This document shows, in pieces, positions 18,663-25,832 of a DNA stretch of 62,323 nt. Positions within the stretch are counted from its first letter, which is position 1, and every line of letters begins with the position of its first letter. A program made the position numbers and the translations under genes. The DNA lies in assembly GCA_043822065.1 (NCBI GenBank), contig JBDRCC010000017.1, positions 1 to 62,323 on the forward strand. The letters run 5' to 3'. This DNA is from an archaeon (GTDB lineage: Archaea; Undinarchaeota; CAZHTU01; JBDRCC01). The notes beneath the pieces are model-generated. The model did not search any database. It saw only the letters and a program-made list of their open reading frames with translations, and was not told the origin of the DNA.

Positions 18663-19006
18663 ATGGATGCAGAGCAGCTATACTCCTGAGGATGAAATCC
18701 GACTCGCTGATTCTTAGGGATACGGACCAGCTAATCCAAGAGTACATGGCGCGGTTTGCCGGCGACATAAGCGAGCTTGAGGAGGTCAACCGCGAGCTTG
18801 CCAACTTCCCGATACTCGAGCCGGTCATACTGCGCGCCCCGCAGAGCAAGGTCACTGTCGACGACCTTCTGGGCGCCCTCAGGAAAGTCCTGAATGAGAA
18901 GGAGCAGAAGGCAGTCCGCAGGCAGGAGATGGAATCCATGCCATTCAGGATAGAGCTTCCGGACTTTGACATAACAGAGGCAATAGCGGACATACTCACG
19001 CGGATA
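18663..19006 (+). pseudogene. scpA: scpA pseudogene: duplicated, internally deleted, frameshifted and 3'-truncated
   Basis: Starts with the same MDAEQLYS as scpA, then stops; lacks 181 bp between two GCTATACTC repeats; 18677-18933 matches 20265-20521 with 1 mismatch. Confidence 0.92.
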
Positions 19007-19131
19007 TTGAGACGGCAGACAGGCTGTACGGAGTAAGCATGACCGACTACGGTTCGCAGCTGGTCGGTGTGGAGATGGGTGGGCAGGCGCCGTCCGCTAA
19101 AGTATTAAAAATAGGTCCACATATCGATTAA
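19007..19131 (+). pseudogene. smc: fragment of a diverged smc 3' end
   Basis: Translates as ETADRLYGVSMTDYGSQLVGVEMG vs EKADRLYGVSMTDYGSQIVGVEMGA at the true smc end (16173-16250); differences mostly synonymous. Confidence 0.88.
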
Positions 19132-19190
19132 GAGAAGTAAGCCCTCTTAATCGCTGTTAGCAGACCGAGACGAAGTCGAGGCACGAAGTG
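19125..19190. repeat. hairpin cluster: 10-bp stem plus two cGAAg mini-hairpins
   Basis: cgattaagag (19125-34) / ctcttaatcg (19144-53); gacGAAgtc (19169-77) and cacGAAgtg (19182-90). Confidence 0.6.
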
Positions 19191-19232
19191 ACGAGAGTTT
19201 GGGGGTGAGTATTTATTTAGATTCGATGTAGC

Positions 19233-19904
19233 TTACTTGTAGCTTACCAGCTCCATAACCATCGCTGCTTCACCGCCGTATGAAACCTTTAATGGCAAAG
19301 GCACGTTATCAGCTATCCAGAAGTTTGCGCTTTCTGATTCATACTTCTTTGCGCTGAATGTTCCTGCAGGCACTGTCATAGACTCTTTGCCTATATACCT
19401 AAGTACAGGCGCTTCAGTTGCAGAAGCAGAGTTCGGGCCTTCTGTAGGGCACTGACCTTCTTGCTGGATAGTCTGGCCTGCTACATTCATCACAGTTGAT
19501 ATTTTTAGGCACGCCAATGATTCCTTGTCCAGCCACATCTTTGTTGTTATTACATTACCCTCTACACTCAGGTCAGACTGCTGCAGCCATGCTGCATTTC
19601 CATTAGCTGCATCTGAGCTAATCTTATACTTTATATCCATTACATTTTGCTGCCCGCCTGCATTTGAGATTATTTTGTATTCAAATTCGCTTAGCAGCCC
19701 ATAGTTATAGAGCATGTTCATCGTAAATTTTGAGGATTCCTGCTCTGACTGTGCTGTTGTCGTGTCCTGCGAAGCCAGTGCCTGCTGTTGCTCCTGCTGC
19801 GGAGCCTGGGCCTGCTGCTGTACACAGCCGCTGATAAACAGAATGCCGACCAATAAAATCAGAAATGAAAGATAACTCACCTTTTTTGTATGCATTTTAA
19901 CCAT
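19233..19904 (-). CDS. lipoprotein with Gln-rich linker and beta-rich (DUF3108-like) domain
   Basis: Basic N-terminus, hydrophobic core, ISGC lipobox; ESMTVPAGTF...WIA motif; AT-richer than neighbours. Confidence 0.75.
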   Translation of the reverse strand: MVKMHTKKVSYLSFLILLVGILFISGCVQQQAQAPQQEQQQALASQDTTTAQSEQESSKFTMNMLYNYGLLSEFEYKIISNAGGQQNVMDIKYKISSDAANGNAAWLQQSDLSVEGNVITTKMWLDKESLACLKISTVMNVAGQTIQQEGQCPTEGPNSASATEAPVLRYIGKESMTVPAGTFSAKKYESESANFWIADNVPLPLKVSYGGEAAMVMELVSYK

Positions 19905-20069
19905 ATGCTTTTATTATACCTTCTATAGGTATATAAATGTTTTTGATTTCTACTTCGTTTGAAGTGCGCCAGCCAAATTATTATGATTCGGCGCTCCAGC
20001 TGATAAAAATCAGGCGGGCGGCTGAGCAGTAGCAAGATTTAAAACCTCCAGCGACATTCTTTTTTCAGG

Positions 20070-20798
20070 ATGGATGCAGAGCAGCTATACTCGATGATAG
20101 AGACCAGGGACTCCTGGGAAGTCTTTATCATTGACACTGTCCGCTCGGAGAAGATGAACCCCTGGGACATAGACCTTGTCCGGCTGGCAGAGAAATGCCT
20201 CGAGCGCATACGGGGCATGAAGCAGTTCGACTTCAGGGTCCCTGCGAAGGTGGTTCTTTCTGCCGCTATACTCCTGAGGATGAAATCCGACTCGCTGATT
20301 CTTAGGGATACGGACCAGCTAATCCAAGAGTACATGGCGCGGTTTGCCGGCGACATAAGCGAGCTTGAGGAGGTCAACCGCGAGCTTGCCAATTTCCCGA
20401 TACTCGAGCCGGTCATACTGCGCGCCCCGCAGAGCAAGGTCACTGTCGACGACCTTCTGGGCGCCCTCAGGAAAGTCCTGAATGAGAAGGAGCAGAAGGC
20501 AGTCCGCAGGCAGGAGATGGAGGCATTGCCCTACCATCTGGAGCTTTCGGAGTTCGATATAACCGAGGCAATAGACACGATACTAACCCGCATAAAGATG
20601 GCGCTTCGCGAATCGCCGTTCATTACATTTTTCGGCCTTCTTAAGAAGCGCGACCGGACTGAGATCTCGCAGACCATACTGCCAGTCCTCCACCTCGCAA
20701 ACGAGCGGAAAATCGTCCTCCGGCAGGAGAGGCAGTTCGGCCCGATTGAGATTTATTTCCCCGAGAACGCTCCTACTGAAATCGAAGCAGAGGCATAA
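20070..20798 (+). CDS. scpA: segregation and condensation protein A (kleisin)
   Basis: MNPWDIDLVRL, AAILLRMKS, LPVLHLANERKIVLRQERQFGPI. Confidence 0.93.
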   Translation: MDAEQLYSMIETRDSWEVFIIDTVRSEKMNPWDIDLVRLAEKCLERIRGMKQFDFRVPAKVVLSAAILLRMKSDSLILRDTDQLIQEYMARFAGDISELEEVNRELANFPILEPVILRAPQSKVTVDDLLGALRKVLNEKEQKAVRRQEMEALPYHLELSEFDITEAIDTILTRIKMALRESPFITFFGLLKKRDRTEISQTILPVLHLANERKIVLRQERQFGPIEIYFPENAPTEIEAEA

Positions 20799-21283
20799 TG
20801 GATTCAAAGAAGCTAGTTGAGGCTGCATTATTCATCTCCGGGAGGGAGATGCGCAAGGGTGAGCTGGCAGAGATGCTGAAGATGACGCTCGACGAGGTCG
20901 ACAGGCATGCCACTGCGCTTGTCGATGACTATGCCGGCAGGGACTCCTGCGTCAAGATTATCAAGTTTGAGGGCACGTACAAGATGGACATCGACCAGGA
21001 GTACGGCACCCATGTCAAGAAGCTCGCTCCCGAGGTCGAGCTCTCCCGCGGCGTCCTGAAGGCGCTGTCGTTTATCGCCTACAAGCAGCCGGTCCGCCAG
21101 AGCCAGCTTGTCAAGCTCCTGGGAAACCGCGCCTATGAGTACGTCCACGAGCTGGTCGACCGCGGTTTCGTAACCGCCGAGCGGTGGGGCAGGACAAGAA
21201 AGCTCCAGACCACCGACAAGTTCCGGATGTACTTCGGCACAAGCGGAATCACTGACCCGGAGCCCAAGCCGCAGGAACAATGA
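20798..21283 (+). CDS. scpB: segregation and condensation protein B
   Basis: VEAALFISG, LSFIAYKQPV, TTDKFRMYFG; TAATG overlap with scpA. Confidence 0.93.
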   Translation: MDSKKLVEAALFISGREMRKGELAEMLKMTLDEVDRHATALVDDYAGRDSCVKIIKFEGTYKMDIDQEYGTHVKKLAPEVELSRGVLKALSFIAYKQPVRQSQLVKLLGNRAYEYVHELVDRGFVTAERWGRTRKLQTTDKFRMYFGTSGITDPEPKPQEQ

Positions 21284-22302
21284 AGGCGCTTTCCTCGCTC
21301 GACATAGTCGGCGTCGTCCACGAGCTCCAGGGGCTGGTCGGCGCAAAGGTCCAGAAGGTCTACCAGATTGACGACATGCTGCTGTTCGAGCTCTACTTGA
21401 AGGGCCAGGGCGCTGTCAAGCTCCTAATCAAGGCAGGGGAGCGCATCCATTTGACCCGGTTCAAGCGGGAGATGCCAAAGCTCCCCCCTGCATTCTGCAT
21501 GCTACTAAGGAAATATGCTGAGGGCGCCAGCCTGTCCGCCGTAAGGCAGCATGACTTTGACCGCGTTGTCGAGCTCGAGTTTGAGTCCGGCAAGGAGAAG
21601 GCCAAGCACATCCTTATCGCAGAGCTGTTCTCAAAGGGCAACCTCATATTCTGCGACGCAAACTATAGCATCATCCAGCCCCTGCGGGTGGAGTTCTGGA
21701 AGACCCGCGCAATAAAGCCGAAGGCGAAGTACGAGTTCCCGCCCGCGTCCCCTAACCTGAAGGAGATTGAGCAGGAGGAGTTCACTTATAAGCTCTCCCA
21801 GAGCAGCAAGACCACAGTGACCACGCTGGCCGTCATATTCGGGCTTGGCGGGGAATATGCCGAAAAGGTCTGCTCAGACGCGAAAGTCGACAAGACAACC
21901 CCGGCAAACACGCTGTCGCCAGAGCAGTCTGCCGCAGTATGGGCGGCAGCCCAGCACCTGCTTTCAATTTTCAAGAAGGCCAGTGGGCTGAACGAAAAGA
22001 TTGACGAAACATATTCGCCGGAGGAGTTCAAGAAAATCCGCGAAGAGGCGGATATGCTCTACACGAAGCGCAAGGCAACTGCGGAGCGGCGCGAAAAGGA
22101 GCTGAAGGAGGCGATAGCCGGCTTCAGCGAAAAGATAGAGGCCAGCAAGACGAAGGCAGAGTACATACAGACCCACCACCAGGAGGTCCAGGCATTGATT
22201 GACGGCGCAAACCGGCTCCACAGCCAGGGCAAGGGCTGGGATGAAATAGAAAAGGACCTGGGCGTAAAAACCAAAGACGGAAAATTAATACTACGACTTT
22301 GA
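21280..22302 (+). CDS. NFACT/Rqc2 family protein, N-terminal portion only
   Basis: KVQKVYQ, PPAFCMLLRK, HDFDRVV, AELFSKGN, GLGGEYAE (HhH); no NFACT-R domain visible. Confidence 0.85.
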   Translation: MKALSSLDIVGVVHELQGLVGAKVQKVYQIDDMLLFELYLKGQGAVKLLIKAGERIHLTRFKREMPKLPPAFCMLLRKYAEGASLSAVRQHDFDRVVELEFESGKEKAKHILIAELFSKGNLIFCDANYSIIQPLRVEFWKTRAIKPKAKYEFPPASPNLKEIEQEEFTYKLSQSSKTTVTTLAVIFGLGGEYAEKVCSDAKVDKTTPANTLSPEQSAAVWAAAQHLLSIFKKASGLNEKIDETYSPEEFKKIREEADMLYTKRKATAERREKELKEAIAGFSEKIEASKTKAEYIQTHHQEVQALIDGANRLHSQGKGWDEIEKDLGVKTKDGKLILRL

Positions 22303-22542
22303 TAGCATCTCGCCGGACTTTCTCAGCGCGCTCTTCATCTGGTTAAGCTGGTACTCTGTCTGTGCAAGCCTCTGCTGGGTCTGCTTCAGGTCCTTCATGA
22401 CTTCTGCAAGCGCGCACCACAGCTGGCTTGTCCTGACGTGCGGGCTCTGGTTGTACCCTTCAGAGTATTGGCCAATCCTGCGGATGAGCTCATTAATATG
22501 CTCATTTGTATCCTCAGGTATAGCGTCTCTCCAGTTTGCCAT
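22291..22542 (-). CDS. small coiled-coil hypothetical protein
   Basis: 83 aa, QLWCALAE plus heptads; divergent TATA-like region shared with cutA. Confidence 0.7.
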   Translation of the reverse strand: MANWRDAIPEDTNEHINELIRRIGQYSEGYNQSPHVRTSQLWCALAEVMKDLKQTQQRLAQTEYQLNQMKSALRKSGEMLSKS

Positions 22543-22582
22543 TTCGAACTTATTAAATAATGACTAGTATTTAACCCTTTGT

Positions 22583-22909
22583 ATGTCTTTGCGGATTGTG
22601 TACGTGCCTGCGGAAAAAAGCAATGCGAAAGAGATTGCGGAGGCGGTATTGAGGGAGAAGCTTGCCGCGTGCTGCAACATTTTTCCCTGCGAGTCCATGT
22701 ACTGGTGGGGCGGAAAGGTTGAGACCGCGAAGGAGAGCGCCCTCCTGATTAAAACTGACGAAAAGCGCGTGCAGAAACTAATAAATAGGGTTAAGAGTAT
22801 TCACAAATACGATACGCCGGCTATAATAGTCATAAATCCTGAGTCGGTTAACAATAAATACTCCAAGTACATGAGAGAGGTCATGGGTGAACAAAATGGC
22901 GTGGTTTAG
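22583..22909 (+). CDS. cutA: divalent-cation tolerance protein CutA
   Basis: EKLAACCN, SMYWWGG, LLIKT, HKYDTPAII. Confidence 0.92.
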   Translation: MSLRIVYVPAEKSNAKEIAEAVLREKLAACCNIFPCESMYWWGGKVETAKESALLIKTDEKRVQKLINRVKSIHKYDTPAIIVINPESVNNKYSKYMREVMGEQNGVV

Positions 22910-23858
22910 GCGAAAGCCAAAAAATATAGTCGAGGATTCAGAGGTGCTGGGGGCTGAGCCAGATCTCGCAGGCCCGCATCTGAGCGACGAGCTGGAAGAC
23001 ATCAAGCGCGAGGTCGGCGAATACAAGCCGCCCGCCGTGAAGCCAGTTTTGATGCCTGCCCTGAAGCCTATTGAGCCAGCGGAACAGCACCATATCCCGT
23101 TTTCACCTGCAAAGGGGATGCCCCCTGCGCCAAAGGGCCACTCTATTGACGACTTCCTTCAGGAATACCAATTCATAGATGCTGGGCAAAAGCCAGCTCC
23201 ACTCGAGCCAAAAAAGTTTTCCGAGCGGCTCCTCCCTACTGCGGAAGTCACGATTGACGCGCCAGAGCTTGTCCGCGCGTTTGTCGAGCTGCTGGCAAAG
23301 CCCAGCACGGCAACGGTTGTCGACGTTCTCGCAGGGAACAAAATGTCAGTCCAGGAGCTTGTGCGGCGCACCGAGCTTGACGAGGTTGAAGTCAAGTCAG
23401 TCCTTCACAGGTTCGTCGCCCTCGGCCTTGCCAGGGAAAGCTGGGTGAAGACGCCCTCTGGAGAGCACATTAACAAATTCGAATTAGTTTCAAGTCGGGG
23501 CGAGGTCAGGTTCGACCTCCGCGACCTGAGCTCAACGCTCAGCGTCGACGCCCTGAACGCAAAGAGCGCAAGGCTCGTAGAGCTCGTAAGCAAGGAAGGA
23601 AAGATTCCGCAGTCGCTCGCAATGAAGGAGCTTGACCTCGCGGACGACAGGTACTTTGAGCAGGTGCTCAGGTACACCGAGCGCTTCAAGCTGCCAGAGA
23701 TACGGAAAGCAGTCAGCGAAGTCGCAGAGCCAACTGCAGAGGAGGCGCCGTCCGGCCCGTCCTCAGCAGCGGTCCGGCGGGTTGTCCGGAAGGCGAAGCT
23801 CAGTTCGTCAAAGCCAAAGGCGCTGGACGAGATTGAGCATTATATGAAGGACCTTTAG
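22896..23858 (+). CDS. hypothetical protein with acidic/Pro-rich N-terminus and winged-helix domain(s)
   Basis: LAKPSTATVVDVLAGNKMSVQELVRRTELDEVEVKSVLHRFVALGLA resembles an ArsR/TrmB-type wHTH. Confidence 0.65.
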   Translation: MAWFRRKPKNIVEDSEVLGAEPDLAGPHLSDELEDIKREVGEYKPPAVKPVLMPALKPIEPAEQHHIPFSPAKGMPPAPKGHSIDDFLQEYQFIDAGQKPAPLEPKKFSERLLPTAEVTIDAPELVRAFVELLAKPSTATVVDVLAGNKMSVQELVRRTELDEVEVKSVLHRFVALGLARESWVKTPSGEHINKFELVSSRGEVRFDLRDLSSTLSVDALNAKSARLVELVSKEGKIPQSLAMKELDLADDRYFEQVLRYTERFKLPEIRKAVSEVAEPTAEEAPSGPSSAAVRRVVRKAKLSSSKPKALDEIEHYMKDL

Positions 23859-23859
23859 G

Positions 23860-24423
23860 CTACCAGCTTGTTTTTGGGATGGGCACGAAGCGCAGCCGCT
23901 CCGTTGCCGAATAGAGGTTTCTCACGGCGCCTTTTATCTGCTCTATGTTCGGGAGGCCCTTATAGCAGTCGTCGAGTTCGATGTCCAGTTCTACGGTCTT
24001 AGGCATGCGGTTTGCTGGTATCCTTAGCGTCCCTTCAACCAGCGACCTGCCGAGCTTATTTAAGATTATCCTGCCCTTCGAACCTGCAGAATCGACGAGG
24101 AACCTGTCGTCGTACAGCTTGAGGTAAACTGTGGACATGTAGTACAGCAATTTCTCCGTCTCCCTGTCGTAACGCCACATCTCCACCCTTTTGTGCCTGA
24201 CTAAAAAATCAAACCGCTGCTGCACGAGTACAAGGGCGTCCCTGAATTTTAGCTTCTCCTCGAAATAGAGCGCTGTGACAAAGGCTGCCGGGAATGCCTG
24301 CTGATACTCGGTTTGCGCCGCAGTGCTCTTAAGGTACTTCATGCACCCGTCTGCTACCTGCGGCCATATCCTCAGATAATCTTGCGGCCCAGTTTTTGCC
24401 ATGTAAATATTATCCAAAGACAA
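23860..24423 (-). CDS. hypothetical protein directly downstream of ftsY
   Basis: 187-aa ORF abutting the ftsY stop; start uncertain (TTG 24423 or ATG 24402). Confidence 0.65.
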   Translation of the reverse strand: MSLDNIYMAKTGPQDYLRIWPQVADGCMKYLKSTAAQTEYQQAFPAAFVTALYFEEKLKFRDALVLVQQRFDFLVRHKRVEMWRYDRETEKLLYYMSTVYLKLYDDRFLVDSAGSKGRIILNKLGRSLVEGTLRIPANRMPKTVELDIELDDCYKGLPNIEQIKGAVRNLYSATERLRFVPIPKTSW

Positions 24424-25716
24424 CTATAAAATCTTTTGGAGGAACCATTCCGGCGTGAACTTTGTCAGGTCGTCATAGGTCTGGCCAGTTCCTAAATATA
24501 ATATCGGTTTCCTGATTGTATGCTGTATCGAGATGCACGAGCCGCCCTTCGGGTCGGTGTCAGCCTTTGAGAGGATGACTGCGTCCACCCGGATGTTGTT
24601 GAACTCCTTCGCCTGTTCGGTCGCATCGTTCCCCGTCATGGCGTCACCAATGAAGATGAACAGGTCCGGCTTAATAACCCTGTCAATTTTCTTGAGCTCG
24701 TCCATCAAATTTTGGTTAGAGTGCATTCTGCCTGCAGTGTCTATCAGCACGACAGGCTTTCCGTTCGCCTTTGCGTGCTCCACGGCGTCGTAAGCCACGG
24801 CGGCGGCGTCCGAACCGTAGTTGTGCTTAACAATCTTGACTCCGAGGTTCCTTGCGTGGTGCTCAAGCTGCTCTATGCTCGCCGCCCTGAACGTGTCAGA
24901 CGCAGCAAGCACGGGTTCAAGCCCGTTTTTCTTGCAGAGCATGGCAACCTTTGCAATGGTTGTCGTCTTTCCGGTGCCGTTAATGCCAATGAATACTATC
25001 TTGAACGGCTTTTCAGAGGATTTTATCCTTTCAATGAGGTCAAATCCCTCAACCATTATCTCCCGCATTGACTTCTCAACTGCAGCTTTTATTACCTTCT
25101 CCGTCGACCCGCGGCTGATTTTGCTGCCGACGAGGGCTGACTTTATGTCTGCGACAATCTTTTCCGCAGTCTCTAGCGCAACGTCGTTCTCAAGCAGGGC
25201 CATCTGGAAGTTCCAAAGCGTGTCTTTAAGGTCGGCTTCGTCAACAGTCTTCTGTGTTATGGTCCCAAGGAACGTTTTCTTTTCAGCAGGCTGCTCCTTC
25301 TGCTTCGCGGGCGGCTCTTCCGGCTTCGACTTTGCAAAGCCGAGCTTTTCGGCGAGGGAACGCTTTTTTGCAGGGGGCTCTCGCGGCGGCTCCTCCTTGG
25401 CCGCCGGCTTTTCCAGGACTTCTGGAATAATCTTTGGAATAATGGGCTTGGGTTCGGCTGGTTTTTCTTCTTTTTTCGCAGTTCTCTCCTTCTTCGGAGG
25501 CTGGGCTTTCTTCTCAGCAGGCTTTTTTGGCTTTGGAGCTGGCGGCTTGGGCTTTTCAACATGCCTTTCCTCTGCCGCGACCTCCTTTTCGGCTTGTTTT
25601 ATTATCTCTTCATCAACCTGCCGCTCCTCTTTTGCCTCCTTGGCGACGTCCTCTTCGACCGTCCTCGAAAGGTTCTTTACAAGCCCCCTGAGCTTCTCTT
25701 TCAGCTTCCCGAACAT
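24424..25716 (-). CDS. ftsY: signal recognition particle receptor FtsY
   Basis: GINGTGKTTT, DTFRAA, DTAGR, KAD..KGG, GTGQ.YDDL; long K/E/P-rich N-terminal region. Confidence 0.96.
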   Translation of the reverse strand: MFGKLKEKLRGLVKNLSRTVEEDVAKEAKEERQVDEEIIKQAEKEVAAEERHVEKPKPPAPKPKKPAEKKAQPPKKERTAKKEEKPAEPKPIIPKIIPEVLEKPAAKEEPPREPPAKKRSLAEKLGFAKSKPEEPPAKQKEQPAEKKTFLGTITQKTVDEADLKDTLWNFQMALLENDVALETAEKIVADIKSALVGSKISRGSTEKVIKAAVEKSMREIMVEGFDLIERIKSSEKPFKIVFIGINGTGKTTTIAKVAMLCKKNGLEPVLAASDTFRAASIEQLEHHARNLGVKIVKHNYGSDAAAVAYDAVEHAKANGKPVVLIDTAGRMHSNQNLMDELKKIDRVIKPDLFIFIGDAMTGNDATEQAKEFNNIRVDAVILSKADTDPKGGSCISIQHTIRKPILYLGTGQTYDDLTKFTPEWFLQKIL

Positions 25717-25832
25717 GACTCACCTTACTGCCTTCCAGTTAATATTTTTTCCCTTTTTGCGAAGTTTTAAATATACCCTGCTCTTTGTAAGTTCAGGATA
25801 CTAAAACCACGGTCGTGTCCCGGAACTCCCAG

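Noticed and set aside
18650-19036. 128-aa ORF as a second functional ScpA
   Set aside because: The true scpA-type ATG (18663) is in another frame and stops after 8 codons; the N-terminal and C-terminal kleisin domains are missing, so it is treated as a pseudogene
19915-19933. tatacct-N5-aggtata inverted repeat at the lipoprotein promoter
   Set aside because: Short, AT-rich and single-copy; cannot be distinguished from chance
16247-20069. Classical integron or IS-mediated island
   Set aside because: No integrase or transposase, attC-like sites, terminal inverted repeats or target-site duplications seen
24821-25804. 327-aa ORF on the + strand
   Set aside because: Antisense to ftsY; Ser/Phe-rich shadow of E/K codons
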